64,000 bases of DNA from Candidatus Taenariivivens baikalensis (GCA_009691445.1 SICL01000007.1:6916-70915), one strand, 5' to 3'. Counted from the stretch's first letter, positions 48,052 to 57,553 are shown. The notes: generated from the letters alone by a model not told the origin. Numbers and translations: made by a program.

Positions 48052-48777
48052 TTAATGGGCGGCCCCGCACTCAACGCCGTCTCCAACACATTTGGGAATA
48101 CACTGCCCGCCGCCCCGAATCACCAGGTTCGAACAGTCAGAAGCATCCGCCGCACTATAACGAATGTCGGATATATCCCCTTCCGCGCAAGTCAAGCTTC
48201 TTTCCGCCCCCTTGTCATCACATTTCCCGGAAACAAGCGTCGAGCACTTGCAACATTCGACACTGCGGTTGAGCAATGTACCCGGCACAACTTGGGAATC
48301 GGCCGGACACTGATGCTTACAGGTCCGGGTGTCAGAACAGCTGAGTCCTGTCTTGGCCTCACAACTCTCTCCCTGAAATTTATCCGCAAAGACCGACATA
48401 CCCGGGCAGCAGTTTTCTTCCGTCATCAGACGAACGCAGAGATAACAGGTCACTTTTGAGGGAAGTTGATTCGTCTGCCGGTTATTCACTTTCTTTTCCT
48501 GATAACAACCCAGGGAACGGCATTGCCCCACGTCCGAAACCATCCCCACCCCCGCACAAAAGGACTGATGAATTCCCCGGTTCAAACCAGCATTTTTTAT
48601 CGTCTGATAAGGCAAAGGAATGATAGACGGAGAAACCTCAAGCTTATCTTTTAATTCTGACTTTGCGCCGGCAGGTTCAGCCGCACCAAGAACTCCGGCG
48701 TAAGAAAAAGACAGAAGGACGAGCCAGAGGATGCTGATTTTTTTCCGGCACTGAGTACCCAAGGATAAAAAAATCAT
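48052..48777 (-). CDS. Cysteine-rich exported hypothetical protein
   Basis: Signal peptide, 20 Cys in the mature region; fills the gap in a co-directional gene run. Confidence 0.7.
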   Translation of the reverse strand: MIFLSLGTQCRKKISILWLVLLSFSYAGVLGAAEPAGAKSELKDKLEVSPSIIPLPYQTIKNAGLNRGIHQSFCAGVGMVSDVGQCRSLGCYQEKKVNNRQTNQLPSKVTCYLCVRLMTEENCCPGMSVFADKFQGESCEAKTGLSCSDTRTCKHQCPADSQVVPGTLLNRSVECCKCSTLVSGKCDDKGAERSLTCAEGDISDIRYSAADASDCSNLVIRGGGQCIPKCVGDGVECGAAH

Positions 48778-48788
48778 GGCAAGCTTCC

Positions 48789-49406
48789 TTACTTGATAAT
48801 CGCAGCGTCAAAAAAAAGAGCGGGGCACGGTTCTGCATCACTGACAACATCAAAGGAAAGCATGATTGGATTTGTCAGTAAGGACACAACGCCCAAGGGA
48901 ATATCAATTCGTTTCCATCCGAGCTCACGAGCCACGCGCACCCTCTGAAGTAATTTCTTTCCAGCCCAAATACGCACATAAAAATAATTCGATTCCTTTG
49001 ATTCTTTCAGTTCAATGTCAGAATCCTGAATTCCGTAATAAAAGGCAAGCGTCCCTCCCGGAGGAACCTGGGAAAATTGAAGTGTTTTCCGGCTTTCTTT
49101 AAAGGGTTGTAGATAGATAGCCGTCACTTGCTTTTGTTCAAATATTCCCGGGTGGGTTCCGATCCGGTGCGCCTCTCCTAAATTTCCAAAATCAAAGTAC
49201 TTCCCCGTCCATTGAGCGGGTTCACGGCTGCGATCGGATGTTTGTGTTAAGAAGACCTTCGCATTCTTGATCTCACCGGAAAACTGGAACAACACCACGG
49301 GGGGTTCGGGAGAAACCTCAGCGGCAAGGGATCGGGAGAAACTGATGGCGGCGCAAAGGAGGAGGAAGAGAACTTTTTTTGTTTTTTTTACCGATAAAAA
49401 ATTCAT
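48789..49406 (-). CDS. Hypothetical exported protein
   Basis: Signal peptide ...RSLAA|EV, beta-rich sequence; start overlaps the upstream stop (ATGA). Confidence 0.7.
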   Translation of the reverse strand: MNFLSVKKTKKVLFLLLCAAISFSRSLAAEVSPEPPVVLFQFSGEIKNAKVFLTQTSDRSREPAQWTGKYFDFGNLGEAHRIGTHPGIFEQKQVTAIYLQPFKESRKTLQFSQVPPGGTLAFYYGIQDSDIELKESKESNYFYVRIWAGKKLLQRVRVARELGWKRIDIPLGVVSLLTNPIMLSFDVVSDAEPCPALFFDAAIIK

Positions 49407-50296
49407 AGGACATTACCTTGCACGTTTTTTTTAAATGTTTTTGGAGAAATCCAGAGATGAAGAATCACCCCTAAAAGTAAAATAGAAAACCACCCTGCCA
49501 TCCCATCGTAAAAAACCTTGGACCCCATCCACAGTGAAGGTGCCTGTATTCCATCGACGAAAATGCCGTCCGACTTAACAAAGAAGACACAGCCGGCATG
49601 AAGTCCCATCCCCGCATACAGGGACTGCGTACTCAACCGCAAATGGTGCAGGACTATCCCAAACAAAAAAAGTCCCGTGAAGGCCGGCCAGATTCCGGGC
49701 TGCGTCAGGGACAAAAAAGGAGACGCCATTAATTTCAGGCTGTCAAAAAAATCAGGCGTTTGATCAATCCATATTTTTTTCTGGGTGACAAAATGCAACG
49801 AGGCATAAAAAAGGCTGGTCACCCCAGTGGCTAGCAAAACGGGAAAACGAAAACGGATCCTCAAGCTCTGATCCGTAAAGCCGCGAAAGAAGAACTCTTC
49901 GATCAACGCAATTAAAAGACCGGAAAACGTAAACTGGATCAATTTCACCGCAATTCCCCACGCCGTCATTCCTGAAAAGGAAACCTGGGAAAAACCGGCT
50001 CCGACGCGATAAACCGTTAAAGCGACAAGGATCAGCACGCCGGCCACAAACCCTTTTAGAAACTCGCTAAAACTCCAGGGATAACAGCGCAAACCGTACT
50101 GATCCCAGTCCTCACGGCGAATGCGCACAAACAAGACAATGGAAGTCAGGGAGAAAATCATCACGAGACGGTTAAAAATACGTTCAAATTTAAAAGGAAG
50201 AAAACTAAATAACCAAGGAGCCAGGAGAGCGCTGAGTAAAAGGATCAATCCGAAGATCAAAATGAATTTTAAAAAAGATTTCATAAAAAGAATCAA
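49403..50296 (-). CDS. CPBP (Abi/CAAX) family intramembrane metalloprotease
   Basis: EEFFFRG, FYASLH, GMGLHAG motifs; multi-TM. Confidence 0.88.
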   Translation of the reverse strand: MILFMKSFLKFILIFGLILLLSALLAPWLFSFLPFKFERIFNRLVMIFSLTSIVLFVRIRREDWDQYGLRCYPWSFSEFLKGFVAGVLILVALTVYRVGAGFSQVSFSGMTAWGIAVKLIQFTFSGLLIALIEEFFFRGFTDQSLRIRFRFPVLLATGVTSLFYASLHFVTQKKIWIDQTPDFFDSLKLMASPFLSLTQPGIWPAFTGLFLFGIVLHHLRLSTQSLYAGMGLHAGCVFFVKSDGIFVDGIQAPSLWMGSKVFYDGMAGWFSILLLGVILHLWISPKTFKKNVQGNVL

Positions 50297-50751
50297 GCCT
50301 TAAGCTGTAAAGTCACTTCGATTTCAACCGCCGCGTTCATAGGAAGACTGGCAACCCCTACGGATGAGCGAGCGTGGATTCCCTGATCCTGAAAAAGTAA
50401 CACCAGTAGATCCGAAGCGCCGTTCACGACTTGAGGGATTTCATAAAACGAAGGATCCGCATTCACATACCCCACGACTCTCAGGATCCGGTCCAACTTA
50501 TCAAAACCAATTGCACTGCGGATCAGACTGATCACATTAAGCGCCGCAAGCCGGGCTGCTTCCTGCCCTTGCTCCAGCGTCAGATCCTTTCCGATACGTC
50601 CCTGAATAAACCGCGCCGTTCCATATTTGGAAACTTGCCCGCTCAAGTAGGCCGTCGTTCCCTGAATCACAACCGGCGTGTATGAACCTACGGACTTGGG
50701 CGCTTCAGGAAGTTCGATCTTGAGTTCTTTAAGACGTGTTTCGTAATTCAT
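50293..50751 (-). CDS. RidA/YjgF family protein
   Basis: YLSGQ, VVNGASDLL, HARSSVGVASLP, AVEIE; start set at MNYETRL. Confidence 0.9.
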   Translation of the reverse strand: MNYETRLKELKIELPEAPKSVGSYTPVVIQGTTAYLSGQVSKYGTARFIQGRIGKDLTLEQGQEAARLAALNVISLIRSAIGFDKLDRILRVVGYVNADPSFYEIPQVVNGASDLLVLLFQDQGIHARSSVGVASLPMNAAVEIEVTLQLKA

Positions 50752-50759
50752 AATTCCAG

Positions 50760-50796
50760 AAACTGGGGACAAGTGGCTGCAACCTGTCCCCAGTTT
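50760..50796. repeat. Intergenic GGGGACA/TGTCCCC palindrome
   Basis: aaactggggaca-N13-tgtccccagttt, perfect 12-bp arms. Confidence 0.8.
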
Positions 50797-50809
50797 AGTT
50801 ATACGGTCT

Positions 50810-51511
50810 TCATTTATAAGCGACAATCAACGTGGCAAGTCCAAACGTGAACCGGTAAATTTTCGCATCCCGAAAACCTTCTTGTTTCAACAAAGCGACC
50901 GTTTTTTCAGGCTCCTGAAAAGTCAGGATTGATTCGGAAAGAAAATGATACGCATCCTGATGCCCCGAAAGCGCACCACCCATAAGCGGGAGGAAAAATT
51001 TTAAATAGGGATAGGCCAGGATTCTCCAGATTGGATGGACGGGACGGGTCAGACAAAGCAAAGCCGCTTTCCCTCCAGGATTGAGCAAGCGGTGAATCTC
51101 GCGGGCGAAACCAGGAAGATCCTGAACGCTTCGAAGCGTATAACTTGAAATGACCAGATCAAAGCTCTGAGCTTGAAGCGGAATATCATGAAAGTCGGCA
51201 CTCACAAGCAGTACCTTAGAAGAAAGTTCTTTGCGCGCCTCAAAAAGCATGTTCAGGGAAAAATCAAGACCCACCAGGCGATCCCATGATTTCCGGATGG
51301 AAAAAAGCTGGATAAATTTTCCCGTACCAATTCCCAAATCAAGGATCGAACGCTCTTGACCTGAGAAAACAAGTTTCACTGCCCGCTTACGCCACCGATC
51401 ATCCAGATTCCAGCTGAGCACCTGATTAATCCGGTCATAACGGGAGGCAATCGAATCAAAAAAAGACCGGATCGTTTCCTTTTTCTCAGAAAGCGTATTA
51501 GCTGTGGACAT
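50810..51511 (-). CDS. menG: UbiE/MenG demethylmenaquinone methyltransferase
   Basis: FDSIASRYDRIN, LDLGIGTG, DFS..ML, AYHFLSESI; lies in the menaquinone cluster. Confidence 0.85.
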   Translation of the reverse strand: MSTANTLSEKKETIRSFFDSIASRYDRINQVLSWNLDDRWRKRAVKLVFSGQERSILDLGIGTGKFIQLFSIRKSWDRLVGLDFSLNMLFEARKELSSKVLLVSADFHDIPLQAQSFDLVISSYTLRSVQDLPGFAREIHRLLNPGGKAALLCLTRPVHPIWRILAYPYLKFFLPLMGGALSGHQDAYHFLSESILTFQEPEKTVALLKQEGFRDAKIYRFTFGLATLIVAYK

Positions 51512-52577
51512 GAAGAATCTCATAATTAGTATCGCGCTGAGCCGGCGTGTATCCGGCCTCACGGATCAGACGGATGAGATCTTCACGGCGCGTGTGAACC
51601 TGTATACCAGTCGGTTCAAGCACTTTATCCTCAAGCAATGTCCCACCCATATCATCGGCGCCGAAGGCAAGAGCAATCTGGCCCAGCTTTAGTCCTTCGG
51701 TCAACCAACCGCTTTGGATGTGCTCAAAGTTATCCAACATCAAACGAGAGACCGCAACTGTCTTCAGATAATCTTCGCCGCCCGCGGGACGAAGATGCTG
51801 CATGCGCGGTGTATTTTTGGGTGACATCGTCCAGGGAATAAAAGCGCGGAACCCGTGAGTTTCATCCTGAAGATCGCGAACAGTCAAAAGATGTTTAATG
51901 CGCTCCTCGATCGTCTCCACATGCCCCACCACCATCGTGGCGGTTGATTTGAGCCCTGCCTGATGGGCTGTGCGCATCACTTCAATCCAGCGTTTGGAGG
52001 TCGCTTTCTTGGGACTGATAATCTTGCGGACACGTTCGACCAGAATCTCTGCGCCGCCGCCAGGAAGCGAATTGAGTCCCGCTTCTTTAAAAATCCGGAA
52101 GGTTTCAGGTAAAGAAAGACGGTTCTTTCGGGAAATCATTTCAAATTCCACAACAGAAAAAGAATGCACATGCACTTGGGGAAATTTTTCACGGATGGCA
52201 CGAATCAAATTCAGATAATAATCCAGCGGAAGATCGGTATTCACACCGCCCTGGATCAGGGCCTGGGTCCCGCCAAGATCCACGAGCTCCTGGATTTTCT
52301 GAAAAATCGTTTGATAAGAAAGCGTATAGCCTTCCTTGTGTCCGGGACTGCGGTAAAAAGCACAAAAGTCACAGTCCACCACACAGACATTGGTGTAACT
52401 GATATTGCGGTCAACAATGAACGTCACGACCCCGTGCGGATTCGCACGCCGGACTAGTTCATGGGCAGCCATCCCGAGACGCAGAAGATCGCAGGAATAA
52501 AGTAGGACCCCGTCTTCCTGAGAGAGGCGCTCTCCATCCAAACGTTTTTGAAGAACTTTATCGTAGATATCGGGCAC
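51498..52577 (-). CDS. mqnC: Cyclic dehypoxanthinyl futalosine synthase (radical SAM)
   Basis: DRNISYTNVCVVDCDFCAF, SLPGGGAEIL, AFIPW, QIALAFGADDMG. Confidence 0.87.
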   Translation of the reverse strand: MPDIYDKVLQKRLDGERLSQEDGVLLYSCDLLRLGMAAHELVRRANPHGVVTFIVDRNISYTNVCVVDCDFCAFYRSPGHKEGYTLSYQTIFQKIQELVDLGGTQALIQGGVNTDLPLDYYLNLIRAIREKFPQVHVHSFSVVEFEMISRKNRLSLPETFRIFKEAGLNSLPGGGAEILVERVRKIISPKKATSKRWIEVMRTAHQAGLKSTATMVVGHVETIEERIKHLLTVRDLQDETHGFRAFIPWTMSPKNTPRMQHLRPAGGEDYLKTVAVSRLMLDNFEHIQSGWLTEGLKLGQIALAFGADDMGGTLLEDKVLEPTGIQVHTRREDLIRLIREAGYTPAQRDTNYEILHVHS

Positions 52578-52632
52578 TGAGACGGTCCTTGCGTGGATGT
52601 TTAAATTCTGAAATTTCGCTCGAAGAAGTCTA

Positions 52633-53583
52633 TCATTCCATCTTGAAAAATTCCAGCCTTTTCAGGCGCGGAGACAGGCCGTAGCGGTGCGCGAGACGGA
52701 AGAAAAGCTCAAGGCCTTCCTGCATCGGTTTATCCAAAGAAAAAATAAGATTAAAAAGATATCCGAAAAGTTTCCCAAATTTTTCATCCATAAAATGAAG
52801 CCCTTCTGCGTCCTTAAGAAGCTGCTCCAAATTTTCAAGATTGCTGTCACGCGTCGCCTGAATTCGAGAACACAGCCAGCGAACCTCCTCCGGATACCGC
52901 TTAGCAAAATCTTTGCTCACGGCCCAGACCGAGAAACAAAAAGGTTTTCCCGTCCAATTCCACCAGAGATCGCTCAGATCATAGCGATAGACAAATTCCT
53001 TGGGCTGATAAAAAAGCGCGTCATCACCAATCACCAAGGCCGCTTTACAACGTTCCAGCATCGCTTCCGGGTCCGAATCCATGGTCAGAAAGGAGTTTTT
53101 GAATTTATATTTAAAGCGCAGAAGAATTTTAAGCAGGGCTGATGAACTCAAACTCTCGGAAGAAAGGGCAATCGTTTCCTGATCCAGACCTTCAATGCGG
53201 TCACGTGAAAATAAAATGACACTGCCAGAAAAATCCAGCGAACCGATCGCCATATCCGGGAGAAGAAGGAACTGATCCTGATGATTCAGATAAGCCAGTG
53301 ACGAAATCGGAGCTATATCAATCTCGCCATGGTAAAGCGCTTCGTTCAAAGCCGCCGGCGCATCTTCGCTAAAATCAAGAAAGACCGATCGTTTGGACGA
53401 TTCGCAAAAACAGGGTTGCGAAGGATCCGAAGGACGAAGATTGTGAAAAAAGGGAGTAACATTCGAGTAGCGGATACGCCCAATGCGGATTCTTAAAGCA
53501 TCCTGCGTGGCAAAAGAAACAGGTCCAGAACCCGGCAGATTTTTTTCCTCTCCTGGTATCTTGGGTCCTGATTTATTCACCAT
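52633..53583 (-). CDS. mqnA: Chorismate dehydratase
   Basis: RIGRIRYSNVTPF, PAALN, PISS, LVIGDDAL, DLSDLWWNWTGKPFCFSVWA. Confidence 0.87.
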   Translation of the reverse strand: MVNKSGPKIPGEEKNLPGSGPVSFATQDALRIRIGRIRYSNVTPFFHNLRPSDPSQPCFCESSKRSVFLDFSEDAPAALNEALYHGEIDIAPISSLAYLNHQDQFLLLPDMAIGSLDFSGSVILFSRDRIEGLDQETIALSSESLSSSALLKILLRFKYKFKNSFLTMDSDPEAMLERCKAALVIGDDALFYQPKEFVYRYDLSDLWWNWTGKPFCFSVWAVSKDFAKRYPEEVRWLCSRIQATRDSNLENLEQLLKDAEGLHFMDEKFGKLFGYLFNLIFSLDKPMQEGLELFFRLAHRYGLSPRLKRLEFFKME

Positions 53584-54208
53584 GCGCGAGTGTTCCTTCT
53601 GTTTTGTGAATCGGCCCAGTCCAGCGAGGATAAAGCGTGTGAGAAATATCAAGCTGATCCAAAACTTTTCCCACCATAAAATCAACCAGGTCTTGGACGC
53701 TCTGGATCCCGGAATAGAATCCCGGCATCGCAGGAACAACACGAACTCCAAGCCGCGCAAGCTTCAGCATATTCTCCAGATGAATGGCACTGAGCGGTGT
53801 TTCGCGGGGAACCAGGACGAGCCTCCGACCTTCTTTAATCACGCAATCTGCCGCGCGATGAATCAGATTTTGGCTCATCCCCGCCGCAAGCGCACCCAAA
53901 GTCCCCATACTGCAGGGAATGATCACCATCCCGCGCGTAGGGTAGGATCCGCTGGCGATGGGAGCGGAAAAATCTTTTGCGGAGTAAGCCGTCAAAAGCC
54001 CTCGCGACTTTTCTCCAAACACGGGGATGAGATCTTCTTCCCGCGTATAACTTTTCAAAGAAATTCCCAATTCTTCCTTAAAGACAAGGCGGGCGGCTTC
54101 GGAAATCACAAGCGCAATGGAGATTCCAGATTCCGTGAGCATCTGTACCATACGCACGGCATAAAGAACGCCGCTTGCTCCGGTGATCCCCACAATTAAA
54201 GGCATCAT
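53573..54208 (-). CDS. ubiX: Flavin prenyltransferase
   Basis: VGITGASG, APIASGS, PCSMGTL, RAADC, VPRETPL, HLENM. Confidence 0.93.
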   Translation of the reverse strand: MMPLIVGITGASGVLYAVRMVQMLTESGISIALVISEAARLVFKEELGISLKSYTREEDLIPVFGEKSRGLLTAYSAKDFSAPIASGSYPTRGMVIIPCSMGTLGALAAGMSQNLIHRAADCVIKEGRRLVLVPRETPLSAIHLENMLKLARLGVRVVPAMPGFYSGIQSVQDLVDFMVGKVLDQLDISHTLYPRWTGPIHKTEGTLAHGE

Positions 54209-55104
54209 GCGGTGATGCTCCTGATCCCAATCTCCAAAAGAACGGCGGCCAACATAGAACAGCTGATCACGGCATTCATCCAGAAAAAAGCTTCATCCAT
54301 TTTTTCAAGGCCGTGCAATTCGATTAAAAAATGCTCCCGGATAAGAAAAATAGCCGCGCAGGCAATCCCCAAAAAATAAACGACGCCCAGATTCCCCGAC
54401 CATCCGGCAAACATCCACATCCAGATCGTCAGAAAATGAAGCGCGCGCGTCGTGATCAGGCTGGCCTTGGGGCCAAACTTCGCGGGAAAGGATTGGAGTT
54501 TACTGCAGCGGTCAAATTTTTCATCCTGAAGCGCATAAATAATGTCAAAGCCTGCCACCCAAAAAATCACGCCGAGTGAAATGAAACCCGGGACCCAGGA
54601 AAAAACTGCCCGGCTGGCTAACCAAGCGCCATAAGGCGCGATTCCAAGCACCATCCCCAAAATCCAGTGAGACATCCAGGTAAATCGTTTAGTAAAAGGA
54701 TAAAGAAGTGCCAGAAAAAAAGGAATGGGCGAAAGTTTGAAGCAAAGAGGATTGATCTTGTAGGTCACTAATTCAAAAAGAACAAAGGAAGCTACAGTCC
54801 AGGTAATAACATAAGAACGCCTGAGTTTACCCGCAGGAAGTGCGCGGTTTTTGGTCCGGGGATTTCGAGCATCAATCGAATGATCAATCAAGCGGTTCAG
54901 CCCCATCGCCATCGTACGAAAACTCACCATTGCGATGGTAATCAAGAAAAATAAACGCAGGCTAGGAAATCCTTTTTCAGCAAGAAGCAGACCGGTATAG
55001 GCAAAAGGAAGGGCGAAAATCGAGTGTTCAAATTTGATCATTTGAAGGAACAACACGATCTTGGATCTGGACTGATCTTGCGCTGCTGTTCTTTGGGCTA
55101 TCAA
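54205..55104 (-). CDS. UbiA-family polyprenyltransferase (MqnP-like)
   Basis: IKFEHSIFALPFA, NRLIDHSIDARNPRT..RALPAG, YPFTKRFT, GFDIIYALQD. Confidence 0.92.
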   Translation of the reverse strand: MIAQRTAAQDQSRSKIVLFLQMIKFEHSIFALPFAYTGLLLAEKGFPSLRLFFLITIAMVSFRTMAMGLNRLIDHSIDARNPRTKNRALPAGKLRRSYVITWTVASFVLFELVTYKINPLCFKLSPIPFFLALLYPFTKRFTWMSHWILGMVLGIAPYGAWLASRAVFSWVPGFISLGVIFWVAGFDIIYALQDEKFDRCSKLQSFPAKFGPKASLITTRALHFLTIWMWMFAGWSGNLGVVYFLGIACAAIFLIREHFLIELHGLEKMDEAFFWMNAVISCSMLAAVLLEIGIRSITA

Positions 55105-55163
55105 AATATCCCTCCACGAGACAAGAAACGCTACTCTAACTTATCCCAAGAATTCGAGCGGCC

Positions 55164-55192
55164 AGTATAAGCTAACCCGCTTTGAGATTCAA
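55164..55192 (-). promoter_or_regulatory. Candidate sigma70 promoter for the menaquinone operon
   Basis: Minus strand TTGAAT-N17-TATACT. Confidence 0.55.
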
Positions 55193-55221
55193 GAAACCCT
55201 TAGGAGGGACTTAGAAAACTC

Positions 55222-56145
55222 TTACGGCTCTCCATCGCTGGTTTCCAGATGCTGCATAAGGATCTGCATATCTTCGTGCATTGGTGCTTCAAAGCGGAAA
55301 CGCTCCCCCGTCGAAGGATGATTCACCGTGAGTGACAATGCATGCAAAGCCTGGCGGTTGATCCAAGGAGAAGAAGCACCATAAAGGATATCTCCTATTA
55401 CGGGATGGTCCATATGCGCCATATGAACCCGGATCTGATGAGTTCTTCCGGTTTTGGGAGAGACTTCCACCCAGGTTGAATTTCGAAAGCGCTTTTTAAC
55501 ATGGAAAAAAGTTGTCGCCTCTTTTCCGCCAGCGGGTTTAATCACCACTTTCTTACGGTTAAGGAATGCCCGGCCCACAGGCTCTTCGCAGACACCCTCT
55601 TCATGCTGAACCACGCCGCGGACAAAGGCATGATAGACTTTTTCCACCGTATGTTCCTTAAATTGCCGGGCAAGCACGGCGTGTGCGTGGTCATTTTTGG
55701 CAACGACCATCACGCCGGAGGTGTCTTTATCTAGCCGGTGCACAAGCCCTGGCCGCGTGGTTTCCGCTGCCGATAACTTTTTAAAATGAAAAAGGAGTGC
55801 ATTGACCAACGTATGATCCGGATTCCCATAAGCCGGATGAACCACCATTCCAGCGGGCTTATCCACGATCACCATTTCTTCATCTTCATAAAGAATGGGA
55901 ACAGGAATATCCTCAGCCCGAACTCCTTGAGCTGCTTCTTGGGCCACCTCCACTTCAATTTCATCTCCCTCTTTGAGCCGGGAATGAGCGGAAATCTGCT
56001 CACGTCCCTTGATGCGGATGGAACCGTTTCCGATCCCCTTCTGAATTTTCGAGCGTGAGAAGCGCTCAACAAGTTCCTTAGAAAGAAAAATGTCAATACG
56101 CATTCCGTGCGCATCCTCGTTAACCGAAATAATTTCAAGATCCAT
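55222..56145 (-). CDS. RluA-family (RluD-like) 23S rRNA pseudouridine synthase
   Basis: S4-like N-terminus, DKPAGMVVHP, VHRLDKDTSG, TGRTHQIRVH, RQALHA. Confidence 0.93.
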   Translation of the reverse strand: MDLEIISVNEDAHGMRIDIFLSKELVERFSRSKIQKGIGNGSIRIKGREQISAHSRLKEGDEIEVEVAQEAAQGVRAEDIPVPILYEDEEMVIVDKPAGMVVHPAYGNPDHTLVNALLFHFKKLSAAETTRPGLVHRLDKDTSGVMVVAKNDHAHAVLARQFKEHTVEKVYHAFVRGVVQHEEGVCEEPVGRAFLNRKKVVIKPAGGKEATTFFHVKKRFRNSTWVEVSPKTGRTHQIRVHMAHMDHPVIGDILYGASSPWINRQALHALSLTVNHPSTGERFRFEAPMHEDMQILMQHLETSDGEP

Positions 56146-56153
56146 AATTTAAA

Positions 56154-56238
56154 AAGAAGGAAGAGAGAAGAAAGAAGATGGAAGAAAAATCTTCACTCTT
56201 CACTCTTCACTCTTTCCTCTTCCCTCTCCCCTCTCTTT
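56154..56238. repeat. Opposed degenerate heptamer arrays
   Basis: aagaagg aagagag aagaaag aagatgg aag ... cttcact cttcact cttcact ctttcct cttccct ctcccct. Confidence 0.7.
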
Positions 56239-56952
56239 TACGATTAGCATGGCTCCTCCGGCAATCACACCGAGACTGATCCACTGATTCCAGGTTAAAA
56301 AAAACCACATCGGATTTCCATCCCTGAAAAACTCAATCGCCAGTCGCCCCAAACCATACAGGATCAGGTACAAGCCAAAGATTTGCCCGGGAAAATTCCG
56401 GCGTGGATAAAAAGCAGATAAGAAAATAAAAAGCAAAAAGGTGTAGAGCGATTCATAAATCTGCGCAGGGTGAACATGCTCAGGGCCTCCGGGAAAACTC
56501 ACCGCCCAGGGAAATGAGCAATAGGCTCCAAAACAACATCCGTTCAGGAAGCAACCGATACGACCAAAGGTTTGGGTCAATGCCACGTAAGGAATCATAA
56601 AATCAAACCCTGCAAGCGGTGGGATTTTTTTTGCCCGGAAAAAAAAGAGCAGCCCCAAGGTTGAGCTGATAAGCCCGCCATAAAAGACGAGCCCGCCTTC
56701 CCACACGGCAAAGGCATTCCAGGGATGAACTCTGTACCACGCACCGTTTTGAATCACATAATAAAGCCGTGCGCCGACAAGGCCTGAGATCACGCAAAAA
56801 AACACCATATCGTAAAGCGTATTCTTATTACAAAACTTATCGCGCTCAATCTGCTTTTTCATCCAAAACAGGGAAAGCATCACACCCAGCACCATCATCA
56901 GGCCGTAAGAATATAAATGGAAAGGACCCAAAGACAGGAGAATAGATTTCAT
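56200..56952 (-). CDS. lgt: Prolipoprotein diacylglyceryl transferase
   Basis: YSYGLM, GARLYYV, WEGGLVFYGG, GRIGCFLNGCCFG, HPAQIYES, EFFRD. Confidence 0.95.
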   Translation of the reverse strand: MKSILLSLGPFHLYSYGLMMVLGVMLSLFWMKKQIERDKFCNKNTLYDMVFFCVISGLVGARLYYVIQNGAWYRVHPWNAFAVWEGGLVFYGGLISSTLGLLFFFRAKKIPPLAGFDFMIPYVALTQTFGRIGCFLNGCCFGAYCSFPWAVSFPGGPEHVHPAQIYESLYTFLLFIFLSAFYPRRNFPGQIFGLYLILYGLGRLAIEFFRDGNPMWFFLTWNQWISLGVIAGGAMLIVKERGEGRGKSEE

Positions 56953-56978
56953 AATAATTCCACGTTGTTTTTTAACTT

Positions 56979-57048
56979 GCCATTGCGAGCCAGAGGCGAA
57001 GAAATCTCAATGCCTAGATTGCTTCGTCGCTTTGCTCCTCGCAATGAC
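56979..57048. repeat. Intergenic GTCATTGCGAG-family element
   Basis: gccattgcgagc...gcgaagaaatct...agattgcttcgtcgctttgctcctcgcaatgac. Confidence 0.87.
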
Positions 57049-57073
57049 CAAAAAGCGACAAACGGATTTTCTT

Positions 57074-57553
57074 TCAAATTCTTTTTTCCTTCTTGAGCAA
57101 GCTGAGCAGGTAAAGACCGACGCCTATTGAAATCGCGGTATCGGCAACATTAAAAACAGGCCAGACCCTGAAATCCAGAAAATCAATCACATAGCCGTGG
57201 TGGACACGGTCAATCCAGTTACCGAGCGCTCCTCCGAGGATCAGGCCAAAGGCCCATCGGGTCAAAAGCGAAAGATCCATCACGTGGCGACTGAAAAGGA
57301 AAAGGACAAAAAGACTGGCTGTAATCGCAATGAGAAGCAAGGATTCGTGATTGTGAAAAAGACCAAAGGCAATCCCTTTATTGTAAACAAGAGTGAAATG
57401 AAAGAATCCCGGAAGAATCGCAATAGACGGTTGCGACTCAAGATACGCGACCGCAAGGCTCTTGGTAAATTGATCGGCTAAAAAAACCAGCCCGACGAGG
57501 AGGTAAAACAGGATTAGAGACGTTTTGAATTCTTCTCTTCTTCTTCTTGGCAT
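57074..57553 (-). CDS. lspA: Signal peptidase II
   Basis: DQFTK, NKGIAFG, GGALGNWIDR, VIDFLD, WPVFNVAD; start uncertain because the nearest ATG overlaps the upstream gene. Confidence 0.92.
   Translation of the reverse strand: MPRRRREEFKTSLILFYLLVGLVFLADQFTKSLAVAYLESQPSIAILPGFFHFTLVYNKGIAFGLFHNHESLLLIAITASLFVLFLFSRHVMDLSLLTRWAFGLILGGALGNWIDRVHHGYVIDFLDFRVWPVFNVADTAISIGVGLYLLSLLKKEKRI

Noticed and set aside
50752-50826. N-terminal extension of RidA in the track (…KLGTGCSHLSPVS…)
   Set aside because: It derives from the GGGGACA hairpin; the RidA-like sequence starts at ATG 50751.
53401-53422. ttcgcaa-N8-ttgcgaa hairpin in a loop of mqnA as another in-frame element
   Set aside because: Arms are only 7 bp with no clear match to the three repeat families; compatible with chance.
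53483-54199. 238-aa plus ORF
   Set aside because: Antisense shadow of ubiX and mqnA.
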